Source: an uncultured Candidatus Rokubacteria bacterium (lineage in GTDB: Bacteria; Methylomirabilota; Methylomirabilia; Rokubacteriales; DASRDR01). From it: a DNA stretch of 64,000 bases. Below the pieces are notes generated by a model. That model saw only the letters and a list, made by a program, of their open reading frames with translations, was not told the origin of the DNA and did not search any database. Shown here piece after piece: positions 39,256-49,381 of the stretch. The stretch is taken from positions 256,001-320,000 of the forward strand of contig CAWGVS010000010.1 in the NCBI GenBank assembly GCA_963826115.1, read 5' to 3'. Numbering within the stretch: position 1 is the first letter of the stretch; every line of letters starts with the position of its first letter. A program made the translations under genes and the position numbers.

Positions 39256-40263
39256 CTAGCGGACGGGCGTCCAGGCGCCGCCCTCGTGCGCGGACCGGGT
39301 GGCGGCGAGGGCGATCCGGAGGGCCATCAACCCGTCATGGCCGGTCGGCGTCACCGGCGTCCCGCCCCGCACGGCGCCGACGAAGGCGTGGAGCTCCGCC
39401 GCATAGGCCTGGGCGAAGCGCTCCGGGAAGTACGGTACGTAGTCGTGGTGGGCGCCGCCCTGGTCGTAGCGGGTGAGCGGCGTGTGCCGCTCGTAGCCGA
39501 CCTTGAGCCCGCCCCGGTCGCCCAGGATCTCGGTGTGGATGTCGTACCCGTAGCCCGACTGACGCGAGTTGACGATCGACCCGAGCGCCCCCGACGCGAA
39601 GCGGAGCGAGAGCACGGTCGTGTCCCAGTCGTCGGCGGCCCGGAACGCGGCGGCCTGCGGGCCGAGCGCCGTTCCCACGGCGGACACGCTCTCGACCTCG
39701 GATCCCGTGACGAAGCGGGCGACGTCGAGGTCGTGGATGGTCATGTCCACGAACTGCCCGCCGCAGGTCGGGATGTAGTGCGGGGGCGGGGGGTAGGGGT
39801 CGTAGCTCACCGAGCGGAGGAGGTGCACGCGCCCGATCTCGCCCGCCGCGATGCGGCGCTGGGCCTCGGCGAAGCCGGAGTCGAAGCGCCGCTGGAACCC
39901 GATCTGGAGCGGCACCCCGCACTCCTTCACCACGGCGAGCGCCCGCTCGGTCGAGGGGACGTCGAGCGCGATCGGCTTCTCGCAGAAGATCGCCTTGCGC
40001 GCCCGCGCGGCCACCTCGATCTGCTCGGCGTGGGCGCCGGTGGGGGTGACGATCACCACCGCCTCCACCTCGCGGTCGTGGATGGCCTCGCGGGGGTCCG
40101 CGACCGTGCGGGCGCCGTAGCGGGCGCCCAGCTCGCGCGCGGCCGGCGCCGGATCCGCCACCACCGCGAGGTACACCTCCGGGAGACTCGCCAGGGTGCG
40201 GGCGTGAGCGGCGCCGAGCCGCCCGGCCCCGAGGAGCGCGATGCCCAGCCGCGCGCCGGCCAT
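39256..40263 (-). CDS. Inositol 2-dehydrogenase-like Gfo/Idh/MocA oxidoreductase
   Basis: Motifs LGAGRLG, IFCEKP, GFQRRFD, DMTIHDLD and YGYD. Confidence 0.9.
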   Translation of the reverse strand: MAGARLGIALLGAGRLGAAHARTLASLPEVYLAVVADPAPAARELGARYGARTVADPREAIHDREVEAVVIVTPTGAHAEQIEVAARARKAIFCEKPIALDVPSTERALAVVKECGVPLQIGFQRRFDSGFAEAQRRIAAGEIGRVHLLRSVSYDPYPPPPHYIPTCGGQFVDMTIHDLDVARFVTGSEVESVSAVGTALGPQAAAFRAADDWDTTVLSLRFASGALGSIVNSRQSGYGYDIHTEILGDRGGLKVGYERHTPLTRYDQGGAHHDYVPYFPERFAQAYAAELHAFVGAVRGGTPVTPTGHDGLMALRIALAATRSAHEGGAWTPVR

Positions 40264-41321
40264 CAGCGGACCCTCCCGCGCGCGGAGACGGGCCACACGA
40301 CCTCGACCTGGTCCCCGCGGACGCCCACGAGCTCGTCCATCATGTTGGACACGACGCAGCAGTGGTTCGGCACGACGTTGACGACCTCCCCGACGCGAGG
40401 CCGCTCCGGGCACTGGGAGAGGTCCACCACTCCGTGTTCCTCGGAGAGCCCCGTGATCGCGGCCTCCGGGTACTCGAGGACGTGGCCGTAGCCCGGCATC
40501 CCGTACTGGTCCGACGTCAAGACCTTCGTGCCGCAGTCGATCACCGCTCGCGCGTCGTTGGGCCGGCTCACCACCGTCGCGCGCACCCGCATCGCGCACT
40601 GCGCCCAGGTGGACCACCCCGAGCGGACCGTCGCCGCATCGTTGAAGACGCAGGTCCCGGCCCGATGCTCGGTGAGCATCGGGAACTTCTCCACCGTCTG
40701 AAGCGCAGGGGTCCCGCCTCCCGACACGATCGGCACCGGGATTCCCGCGTGCTTGAAGAGATCGAGCGCGCGCTCGAAGTAGGCGCGCGTGTCGGGGTCG
40801 CGGTTGGGGAACGTCATCAGGCCCTGGAAGTCCATCCGCGGGAGCTTCATGACGGCCTGCGCCAGGTCGAAGGCGGCCTGCGGTGACTGCACGCCGTTCC
40901 GGGCGCCCCCGGTGTCGCACTCGAGGACGAAGGGGACGTCCTGCCCGTGCCGCACACCGGCCTCCGAGAGGCCCCGCGCAACGACCTCGTTGTCGAGCAC
41001 CACGGTCAGGCGCACGACGCGGCGAGCGACCGCCATGAGGCGGTCGAGCTTGGGCCGCCCGAGGATGTTGTAGGTCAGCAGGATGTCGGGCGCGACGCCG
41101 TGGTCGGCGAAGACCTCGATCTCGCCGATCTTCTGGCAGACGATCCCGCTGGCGCCGCCGGCGAGTTGCATCCGGCCGATCGCCGGGACCTTGTGGGTCT
41201 TGATGTGTGCGCGGTTCCCGATGCCGTGGCGATCGAGGTGCGCCTGCACGCGACGGATGTTGTCCTCCATCGCGTCGAGGTGGATCGTGACGACCGGGGT
41301 GTCGAGGTCCTGGACCCTCAT
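40263..41321 (-). CDS. D-threonine aldolase/D-serine dehydratase (DSD1) family PLP enzyme
   Basis: Motifs RAHIKTHK, SGGGTP, EHRAG, LSEEHG and VPNHCC. Confidence 0.9.
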   Translation of the reverse strand: MRVQDLDTPVVTIHLDAMEDNIRRVQAHLDRHGIGNRAHIKTHKVPAIGRMQLAGGASGIVCQKIGEIEVFADHGVAPDILLTYNILGRPKLDRLMAVARRVVRLTVVLDNEVVARGLSEAGVRHGQDVPFVLECDTGGARNGVQSPQAAFDLAQAVMKLPRMDFQGLMTFPNRDPDTRAYFERALDLFKHAGIPVPIVSGGGTPALQTVEKFPMLTEHRAGTCVFNDAATVRSGWSTWAQCAMRVRATVVSRPNDARAVIDCGTKVLTSDQYGMPGYGHVLEYPEAAITGLSEEHGVVDLSQCPERPRVGEVVNVVPNHCCVVSNMMDELVGVRGDQVEVVWPVSARGRVR

Positions 41322-41538
41322 GCGCGCCCTCCTGGGTGCGACGCGGCGACGGAGCCGCGCTCGGCCGACGTCGCCGGACCGTCCGGGCCGGCTCGTCAGC
41401 GCCCCCCAGCATGCGACGCCGGCACGTCAGGCATCAAGGGCCTTTCCGCCGCCGCCGGCGCGCTTGACACCCGGAGAGCGCCCCCCCAGCATTGGGGCCA
41501 CGCGTCCGGCCACTCGTCGACGAGTCGGAGGAGGGCAC

Positions 41539-42111
41539 ATGAAGACGAGCGGGACAAGGAGTCGTCGATCGCTGCTGGGGTCAGTGGCCCTGGCCGTTGC
41601 CGTGCTCGTGCCGCCGGTCGCGGCGGACGAGCGGGAGGGACCGAGCGCCCCCGACGTCCGGGCGCTCTTCGAGCGTCTGACTCCCGGGATGACCTCGCGG
41701 CAGGTCGCCGCGTTGGCCGGCGGCCGGCTCCAGGCCGCTTCCGGGTCGGTGACCACCTGGATCCTGTGGAACGCGACGCCCGACGGGAAGGGCATGGCGG
41801 TCCTGCGGGCCGCCTTCCAGGACGGACGCGTCATCCGGATCGAATACGAGTCGTTCGGCGCCGAGTATCGCCGGCTGGTGAAGGGCGCGGATCCTTGGAT
41901 CGAGATCGCGGGGGACGAGCTCGCGCGGATCTGGCGGCGGTCCTGGCAGGTTGATCAGGCGGCCGACAGCTGTCACCTTGCGCTCGACGCGTATCACCAC
42001 GTGGTGCTGGGCGCCCAGGAGCGCCTGACGTTCGACGAGCAGCGCGAGTGGGCGCGCGCGCTCCAGCTCCGGCAGGAAGCGGAGCGGCGCTTCCTGCCCG
42101 TCGCCCCCTAG
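41539..42111 (+). CDS. Hypothetical exported protein
   Basis: [10 protein letters not shown]. The signal peptide has SRRSLL and VAA-D, followed by LTPGMTSRQV. Confidence 0.7.
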   Translation: MKTSGTRSRRSLLGSVALAVAVLVPPVAADEREGPSAPDVRALFERLTPGMTSRQVAALAGGRLQAASGSVTTWILWNATPDGKGMAVLRAAFQDGRVIRIEYESFGAEYRRLVKGADPWIEIAGDELARIWRRSWQVDQAADSCHLALDAYHHVVLGAQERLTFDEQREWARALQLRQEAERRFLPVAP

Positions 42112-42118
42112 AGCCGTC

Positions 42119-43268
42119 GTGAAGATCGCCGCGATCCGTCTCCACCTCGTGGAGTGCCGGTTGCCCGAGCCCCAGGGCAACGCGACCCGGTTCATCGACC
42201 GGCGCGCCGCGCTCCTGGTCGAGGTGCGGAGCGACGACGGGGTCGGCGGCTGGGGCGAGACGTGGCACTCGCCGCTGGCGGCCTGGACCATCATCGAGAC
42301 GACACTCGCGCCGGCGATCCTCGGCCAGGATCCAATGGAATACCACCGGCTCTGGGCCGCGATGCACGAGCGCCTCGGCTACGAGCGCCAGGGACCCGGT
42401 CTCATGGCGCTGTCGGCCGTGGACATGGCGCTCTGGGACCTGCGCGGCCGCGCGCTCGGCCAGCCGATCTGCCGGCTCCTCGGCGGGCCGGTGCGCACCC
42501 GGGTGCCCGCGTACGCGAGCGGGCCGTACCTCCGGCCGGGCCGGGATCCCTACCGTGCGTACCGGCGCGAGGCCGAGCGCTTCATCGCCCCCGGATTCCG
42601 GGCCCTGAAGATGAAGGTGGGCGTCGATCCCGCCACCGACGGGCGCGCCGCCAGCGCGGTGCGGAAGGTCGTCGGGCCCGACATCATCCTGCTCGCGGAC
42701 GCGAACCAGGGCTACACGGTCCGGCCCGCGATCGAGACCGGCCGCCAGCTGGAGGCCGAGGGCTTCGCGTGGCTGGAGGAGCCGGTGGCGCCGGACGACG
42801 TCGAGGGGTACGCCCACGTGGCCGGCGCCCTCGGGCTGGCCGTCGTGGGCGGCGAGGCGCTCGGCGGGATCCGCGCGTTCCGGTCCTTCTTCGAGCGGAA
42901 CGCCCTCGACGCCGCGCAGCCGGACCTCGCGATCGCGGGCGGGTTCACCGAGGTGGCGCGGGTGGCCGCCCTGGCCGCGGCCTGGGAGGTGCCGGTCGTG
43001 CCCCATGTGTGGGGCACGGCGGTGAACTTCTACGCGTCGCTCCAGCTGTGCGCGGTGCTGCCCGGCTACCGGAGCCACACCGCCATGCCGTACCCGTGGT
43101 TCGAGTACGATCAGTCCCCCAACCCGCTGCGGGAGCTCTGGGGGACGCCGGCGGTCGGCCCGGACGGCATGGTCGAGGTCCCCCAGGGACCGGGGCTCGG
43201 GATCGACGTCGACCCGGCGCGCGTTCGCGCCGTACCTCCTGCGGCGCGCCGAGGTCAGCCCCGAGTGA
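42119..43268 (+). CDS. Mandelate racemase/muconate-lactonizing enzyme family protein; probable 1-bp indel near 43220
   Basis: Motifs GWGE, SAVDMALWDL, KMKVG, DANQG, WLEEP, GGE, QPD and PGLG. As sequenced, the frame runs to 43375 and overlaps the convergent gene by 120 bp; the shifted frame gives FAPYLLRRAEVSPE* ending at 43268. Confidence 0.85.
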
Positions 43269-43761
43269 CGTCGTGGAGAGCGGCGACGAAGCGCTCGTCG
43301 CCCTCGGGCGTCACGAGCAGCGGCCGACCGGTGCGGAGGCGCACCAGCACGACGCGATCAGTGCGCGAGACGTAGAGCCCGAGCAGGCCCTTCGAGGTGT
43401 AGAGCCACCCGAAGCCGCCCCACAGCCCGCCGGCCCCGATCCGCATTCCCCAGCCGAAGTCGCGGCGAAGCGCCTCGCGCGAGAGCACGACGGCCTCGGC
43501 GATCTCGCGAGCCGGAATCGTCCGGACCCGCAGAGGCCACACGATGCGCAAGCCGCTCCGGTCCACCTCGAACGCCGTCGGCCGCCAGAGGAGCCACACC
43601 GACGCGTAGATGATGATGACCAGGACCGAGACGACCAGGAGCACGCCGCGCACCGGTTCTCGCCCCAGGATGGCGCCCAGGACCAGCCCGAGCGGCGCGA
43701 CCCCGGCGATCGCCGTCAGGACGCGGATGTCCCCCGACATCGGCGCGAGCGGGAACCGCAT
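43255..43761 (-). CDS. Membrane protein with bacterial PH-like domain
   Basis: Two TM helices followed by RIGAGGLWGGFGW...LLVTPE..ERF. Confidence 0.75.
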   Translation of the reverse strand: MRFPLAPMSGDIRVLTAIAGVAPLGLVLGAILGREPVRGVLLVVSVLVIIIYASVWLLWRPTAFEVDRSGLRIVWPLRVRTIPAREIAEAVVLSREALRRDFGWGMRIGAGGLWGGFGWLYTSKGLLGLYVSRTDRVVLVRLRTGRPLLVTPEGDERFVAALHDVTRG

Positions 43762-44029
43762 GACTGGCGTGGACGACCCTCCGGAGCGTACGGTCGAGCT
43801 CGCTTTACCTCGGGCCAGGGCCCCCGGAAGAACAGCACCCGCCCGTGGGCCCGTCAAGGCCGTCGGCGGCGCGACGCGCGGCGGCTTGTCACCGGGTGTG
43901 CGCCCGGTCTACCATCCAGGTCACCCGGGGCGCTCGTCGAGGCCGGACAGCCGGCCACGCCACGGGATGGTCGGGACAGAGCGCGCCGCGTTCTCGGCGC
44001 ACGACAGACACTCACCAGGAGGGCCGCGA

Positions 44030-45631
44030 ATGGCACGGGACATGTCACGCTCGCATCGAGGGATCGGTCGGCGCTCGTTCCTGGGCGGGAGCCTGGCGCT
44101 GGGTGGCGGCCTCGTGGGCCTGGACCTCTCCAGGGCTCACCTCGTCTCCGCGCAGACGCCGAAGCGGGGCGGGACGCTCACCGCGGCCGCCGAGATCGAT
44201 CCGATCGGTCTCGACCCGCACAACAGCTCGAACTTCTCGTCCTGCCAGGCGTACGACCACTTCTACGAGAGCCTCACGTCGTACGACGAGAAGACCAACA
44301 TCGTGCCGTGTCTCGCCACCAGCTGGGAGATCACGAACGGCGGGAAGACCTACACGTTCAAGCTCCGCCCGAACGTCAAGTTCCACAACGGTCAGACGAT
44401 GACCGCCGACGACGTGAAGTACAGCGTCGAGCGCGTGCTCGACCCGAAGACGGCGTCCCCGTGGATCTCCTGGCTGACGTCGATCAAGGAGGTCAAGGTC
44501 ATCGACCCCTTGACCGTCCAGATGAATCTCGATGCCCCCTATCCGCTCCTCGGCTCGTTCGCGGGGCTCCGGGCGTCGGCGATCATCCCCAAGGGCATCG
44601 CCGAGCAGGAGAACCTCAAGATCAAGGGGATCGGGACCGGCCCGTTCAAGCTCGTCGAGTACGTGCCCCAGGACCGGATCGTCTACGCGCGCCACACGGA
44701 CTACTGGGACAAGTCGCTCCCGTACCTCGACGGGATGGTCTTCAAGGTGCTGACGGAGGAGAACGCCCGGATCGCCGCCCTCAAGGCCGGCCAGATCCAG
44801 TACGCCTTCTTCTCCGGCCAGGGTGCGGCGCAGCTCGAAGGCGCTCCGGGGATCACGGTCGCCAAGAGCCCGACGGCCTGGGTCGTCGTCCACTACATCA
44901 ACCGGCGGAACAAGCCCTTGAGCGACGCGCGCGTCCGCCGCGCCTTGCGGATGGCCGTCGACACCAACGAGGTGATCCAGAAGGCCGCGTTCGGCGCCGC
45001 GGTGCCCTCGGGCCCCGTGCCCACGGGCTACGGCGAATGGTACGTCGACCAGAAGAACCTACCGTTCGTGAAGGCCGACGTCGAGGGCGCCAAGAAGCTC
45101 CTGGCCGAGGCCGGGTACCCCAACGGCGGCTTCAAGATCGAGATCAAGTGCTCGCCTCAGTACCCGGAGTTCGTCGCCACGACGCTCGTGATCCAGGAGT
45201 CGCTCAAGAAGCTCAACGTCGACGTCACCGTGACCCAGATGGAGTGGGGCGCGTTCGTGGCCGACAACAAGAAGTCGAACGTCAGCTGCGGCAAGGAAGG
45301 CACGGACATCTACTCGTCCGCCAACACGTTCCGCCCCGACCCGGACGGGTACCTCTACCCGTACTTCCACTCGAAGGGCGAGATCAACAAGGGCGGCTGC
45401 GACACGCCGGACCCGAAGCTCGACGCCCTGCTCGTCGAGGCGCGCCAGTCGAGCAACCCGGCGGAGCGGAAGCGCCTCTACCAGGAGATCCAGCGCCACG
45501 CGATGCAAGAATCCCTCGACTGGTGGTGGTACGCGAAGTACAACATCGAGGGTGTGTCGAGCAAGCTCCAGGGCTACTCGCAGTCGTTCACCGGCCGCCG
45601 GCTCTTCATGAAGAAGGCCTGGCTCGCCTAG
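44030..45631 (+). CDS. Family 5 ABC solute-binding protein, Tat-exported
   Basis: SD AGGAGG, Tat motif GRRSFL, KRGGTL, YTFKLRPNVKFHNG and GTGPFK. Confidence 0.92.
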   Translation: MARDMSRSHRGIGRRSFLGGSLALGGGLVGLDLSRAHLVSAQTPKRGGTLTAAAEIDPIGLDPHNSSNFSSCQAYDHFYESLTSYDEKTNIVPCLATSWEITNGGKTYTFKLRPNVKFHNGQTMTADDVKYSVERVLDPKTASPWISWLTSIKEVKVIDPLTVQMNLDAPYPLLGSFAGLRASAIIPKGIAEQENLKIKGIGTGPFKLVEYVPQDRIVYARHTDYWDKSLPYLDGMVFKVLTEENARIAALKAGQIQYAFFSGQGAAQLEGAPGITVAKSPTAWVVVHYINRRNKPLSDARVRRALRMAVDTNEVIQKAAFGAAVPSGPVPTGYGEWYVDQKNLPFVKADVEGAKKLLAEAGYPNGGFKIEIKCSPQYPEFVATTLVIQESLKKLNVDVTVTQMEWGAFVADNKKSNVSCGKEGTDIYSSANTFRPDPDGYLYPYFHSKGEINKGGCDTPDPKLDALLVEARQSSNPAERKRLYQEIQRHAMQESLDWWWYAKYNIEGVSSKLQGYSQSFTGRRLFMKKAWLA

Positions 45632-45633
45632 GT

Positions 45634-45759
45634 AAGCACGTCGGCGTGCTTCGGGGCTGCCGTCCCGGGGGGAGGCAGGCCCCGAAGCGTTCGCCGAGAG
45701 GCGAACGCCGCGGCTTTGCCGCGGGGGCCGTCGGAAGGGGGGCGGAGCCCCCCTCCGAG
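45634..45759. repeat. Cluster of GC stem-loops between the SBP and permease genes (REP-like or mRNA-stabilising)
   Basis: AAGCACG/CGTGCTT, GCTTCGGGGC/GCCCCGAAGC, GCGTTCGCC-GAGA-GGCGAACGC, CCGCGGC/GCCGCGG and TCGGAAGGGGG/CCCCCTCCGA. Confidence 0.6.
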
Positions 45760-45764
45760 TAAAG

Positions 45765-46712
45765 ATGCGCTACCTCGCGCGGCGCGCGGTCTGGACCCTC
45801 GTCGCCGTCCTCGGCGTCTCGGTCCTCATCTTCTTCCTGGTCCGCCTCCTGCCCGGCAACATCGTCGACATCATCGCGGGCACCGAGGGCCAGCTGAGCA
45901 AGGCGCAGCGCGCGGCCGTGCTGAAGGAGTTCGGCCTCGACCAGCCGCTGCCGGTCCAGTACCTCCGGTGGATCGGCAACATGCTCCGCGGGAACTTCGG
46001 CTGGTCGTTCCGCACCGGCCAGCCGGTCGCGGCGCTCATCGTCTCGCGGCTGCCGATCACGATCGAGCTCGCCCTCCTCGCGGTTGTGAGCGTGGCGCTC
46101 GTGGCCATCCCGTTTGGCGTGGCGGCCAGCGTCTCGCGGAGCGCGCGCGTGCGCACGCTGGTGCAGATCATCGGGGTTCTCGGGCTGTCCCTGCCGAACT
46201 TCTGGATCGCGATCCTGCTCATCATCGGGGCGTCGTCGCTCTTCGGGTGGCTGCCGGCCCTCATCTACGTCACCCCGTGGGCGGACCCGTGGGTGAACCT
46301 CCAGCAGATGTTCCTGCCCGTGCTGTCTCTCGGGCTCGGGCTCTCGGCCGTCGTCATGCGCATGACCCGGTCCTCGATGCTCGAGGTGTTGAGCCAGGAC
46401 TTCATCCGGGTGGCCCGCGCCAAGGGGCTGGCGACGCGGACGGTGCTCCTGCGTCACGCGCTCCGGAATGCGCTCGTGCCGATCGTCACGGTGCTCGGCC
46501 TCCAGATGGGCTTCCTCCTGGGCGGGGTGGTGATCACCGAGCAGATCTTCGGTCTGCCGGGCCTCGGCTGGACCCTGCTGAACGGCGTCTACCAGCGCGA
46601 CTATCCGGTGGTGCAGGGGACCGTGATGGTCTTCGCCGTCACCTTCGTCCTGGTGAACCTCCTCGTGGATCTCCTCTACACGTACCTCGACCCCCGCATC
46701 CGCTATGAGTGA
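45765..46712 (+). CDS. Peptide ABC transporter permease (DppB/OppB-like)
   Basis: RMTRSSMLEVLSQDFIRVARAKGL, EQIFGLPGLG and LDPRIRY. Confidence 0.93.
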   Translation: MRYLARRAVWTLVAVLGVSVLIFFLVRLLPGNIVDIIAGTEGQLSKAQRAAVLKEFGLDQPLPVQYLRWIGNMLRGNFGWSFRTGQPVAALIVSRLPITIELALLAVVSVALVAIPFGVAASVSRSARVRTLVQIIGVLGLSLPNFWIAILLIIGASSLFGWLPALIYVTPWADPWVNLQQMFLPVLSLGLGLSAVVMRMTRSSMLEVLSQDFIRVARAKGLATRTVLLRHALRNALVPIVTVLGLQMGFLLGGVVITEQIFGLPGLGWTLLNGVYQRDYPVVQGTVMVFAVTFVLVNLLVDLLYTYLDPRIRYE

Positions 46713-47598
46713 CGCGGGGGCCGCCCCGGGCGTCGTCGCGCTGCCCCGCGGCCTGGACCCGGCGCGCGCCGCGCGGGCCCGGTGGCGCCGCAGCGTGACC
46801 CCGGTCGCCCTCATCGGCGCGACGCTGGTGGGGCTCGTCGTCGTCGTCGCGATCGCCGCGCCGGTGCTGGCGCCCTATCCGCCGGCCGCGCAGATCGCCA
46901 AGCCGCTCTTGCCCCCCGGGTCGACGTACCTCCTCGGGACCGACGAGTTCGGGCGCGACGAGCTGAGCCGCCTGATCTGGGGGGCGCGCGTGTCCCTCTA
47001 CGTGGGCGGGCTCGCGGTCCTCATCGCGCTCGCGCTCGGCGCCACCGCGGGCGTGGTGGCGGGATTCTTCGGCGGCTGGGTCGATGACGTCATCATGCGC
47101 GTCATGGACGTCGTGCTGTCGCTGCCGGCGCTCGTCCTCGCGATCGCCATCACCAGCGTGCTCGGCCCGACCCTGACCAACGCGATGCTCGCGATCGGCC
47201 TCGTGTACGCGCCGACCTTCGCGCGCGTGGCGCGCGGGCCGACCCTGACGGTCGTACGGGTGCCGTTCATCGAGGCGGCCCGCTCGATCGGCGCGTCGAA
47301 CTGGCGGATCATCGCGCGGCACGTCCTGCCGAACGTGATGGCGCCGATCCTGGTCCAGACGACGGTCTCGTTCTCGACCGCCATCCTCACCGAGGCCGCG
47401 CTGTCCTTCCTCGGGCTCGGCACGCAGCCGCCCACCGCCTCCTGGGGGCTCATGCTGAGCGCCGCGCGGCAGTACATGCTGATCCACCCGTGGATCGCCG
47501 TGCTGCCGGGGTCGGCGATCGCGGTGACCGTGCTGGGCTTCAATCTCCTGGGCGACGGCCTTCGCGACCTGCTCGACCCGCGGATGCGGGCCCTCTGA
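46705..47598 (+). CDS. Peptide ABC transporter permease (DppC/OppC-like)
   Basis: LGTDEFGRD, FIEAARSIGAS, LSFLGLG and GDGLRDLLDP. Confidence 0.93.
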   Translation: MSDAGAAPGVVALPRGLDPARAARARWRRSVTPVALIGATLVGLVVVVAIAAPVLAPYPPAAQIAKPLLPPGSTYLLGTDEFGRDELSRLIWGARVSLYVGGLAVLIALALGATAGVVAGFFGGWVDDVIMRVMDVVLSLPALVLAIAITSVLGPTLTNAMLAIGLVYAPTFARVARGPTLTVVRVPFIEAARSIGASNWRIIARHVLPNVMAPILVQTTVSFSTAILTEAALSFLGLGTQPPTASWGLMLSAARQYMLIHPWIAVLPGSAIAVTVLGFNLLGDGLRDLLDPRMRAL

Positions 47599-47625
47599 TC
47601 CGGCGCCCGGCCCGCCGGCTGTCGC

Positions 47626-48830
47626 TCAGGCGGCGCGCGGCGTCGACTCGGGCACCCGGACCCAGGGGACCAGGAGCCAGCAGGCCGCGGTCGTGGCCGC
47701 GCTGATGGCGATGAGCCAGGAGAGCCCGACCCAGTCGTAGAGCTGGCCGCCCAGCCACTGTCCGCCCGTCGTCCCGAGGTTCATGACCGACATGAGGGCG
47801 GCGAAGAAGGTGCCCTCGGCATGGCTCGGGACGGCCCGGGCCGCCAGGTCGAGGGTCGCCAGGAGCGCGATCGCGGTCACGAAGCTGACGGTGACGCTCA
47901 GCGCGACCGCCGACCACCAGCCGACGAGGCCGTAGTAGGCGAGGGTCCCGGCGACGCCGATCCCGATGGCCAGGTTCAGGAGCGACCGCGGCGCGAGCCG
48001 CAGCGCGTAGCGGCCGAAGACGATGGCGCCCAGCATCGCGGCGCCGTTCGACAGGCTCGACAGCACGCCGAGCTGGATCTTCGTGACCCCGAGGACGTCC
48101 ACCATGTGGTACTCGAGCGGAACGCCGAACGACGGGCTGAAGTTCCAGAGGAAGATGAACGCCGCAGCCCGCCAGAGCGGCCCGGAGCCGAGGCCCGATC
48201 GGAGCGCGGCCAGTGTCTGGCGCACCGTGGCGCGGTCGAAGCGCGTCCGGGTGTCGCGTACCGCCCAGACGGACACGGCGAGCGACAGCACCGGGAACAG
48301 CGCGACGAGGAGGAAGACCCGGTTGTACGCGACGTGGGCCGCGAGGTAGCCGCCCCCGACGCCGGCCAGGACGCTCGCCCCGTAGACGGCCGCCCACTGG
48401 ATCGACTGGAAGCGGCCGGTGAGGCCGCGGGCCTTGCCCTCCTCCACCATGACCGCATCGCAGAGCACGTCGGTGAACGCGAGGCCCAGGCCCGTCAGTC
48501 CGAGGATCGCGAGCGTGAGCCCCCAGGGATGCGCGGGGAGGAGACCGAGCGCGAGCCACCCGAGCGCCGCCATCGCCGTCGTCACGAGCAGGTAGGACCG
48601 CCGCCGGTAGCCGAGGAGAGGGACCAGGTCCGAGAGGAGCCCGTAGAGCGGCTTCACGTTCCAGGCGAAGCCGACGAGCGCGAGGAACGTGGCCGTCTCG
48701 GCCGCGCCGAGCCGCATCTCGTCCTTGAGCAGGAAGAAGATGGGCGTGGTCGCGAGGCCGGCGTTCGGCTCCGCCACGCCCTGGACGGCGTAGACGGTCG
48801 CGAAGAAGACGAGGAGGCGCCGGAGCGGCG
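47626..48830 (-). CDS. MFS transporter, folate-biopterin (BT1)-like; start codon unclear
   Basis: [12 protein letters not shown]...[17 protein letters not shown] and [10 protein letters not shown]. The first TM ([16 protein letters not shown]) lies upstream of the first canonical start at 48777, so the 5' coordinate is approximate. Confidence 0.82.
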
Positions 48831-48865
48831 TCGGGCGGTCCGACCCGCCTACGGACGGTCCGGGG

Positions 48866-49255
48866 TTAGCAGCGGACGACGAGGTCGATCTCGACCAGCG
48901 CGCCGAGGGCGAGCCCCGTCACGCCGACGCAGGTGCGACCGGGCAGCCGCCCGGGCGCGAAGTAGCTCGCGTAGACGGCGTTCATCGCCGCGTAGTCGGC
49001 GAAGTTGACGAGGTACACGCGCGCGAACGCGACGCGCGCCAGGCTCGAGCCCGCGCCGGCCAGGACCGTCTGGAGATTGCGCATCACCTGGTGGGTCTGT
49101 TCCGTGATGCCGCCCTCGACGAGCTTGCCGGTCGTCGGATCGGCGGGCATCTGCCCGGTCACGAAGAGGAACTCGCCGGCGCGCACCGCGTGACTGTACG
49201 GCGCCGTGGGCGGCGGCGGGGGCGCGCCCGGCACCATGAGGAACTCCAGGTCCAT
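48866..49255 (-). CDS. RidA/YjgF family protein
   Basis: Motifs [29 protein letters not shown] and LVEID. Confidence 0.92.
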   Translation of the reverse strand: MDLEFLMVPGAPPPPPTAPYSHAVRAGEFLFVTGQMPADPTTGKLVEGGITEQTHQVMRNLQTVLAGAGSSLARVAFARVYLVNFADYAAMNAVYASYFAPGRLPGRTCVGVTGLALGALVEIDLVVRC

Positions 49256-49381
49256 GGCGACCCAGGATGGGCCCGCCTCCGAGAACGTGTCAAGGCGCGC
49301 CGTCCGCGCGGCGCGCCTCGCTTGACTTCATCCGGGCCGTGGAGGAGAGTCGGCGCGCGCGGAGCGCGAAAGGGGGCCGTG

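Noticed and set aside
43220-43375. 120-bp convergent overlap of the racemase-family gene with the PH-domain gene
   Set aside because: A single indel near 43220 restores a normal C-terminus ending at 43268, so it is likely a sequencing error.
42154-45762. Very long alternative-frame ORFs (this 1202-aa ORF, also 52144-55101 and 54137-56962)
   Set aside because: Their Arg/Pro/Gly-rich translations have no motifs and overlap well-supported genes. Such shadow ORFs are expected at this GC content.
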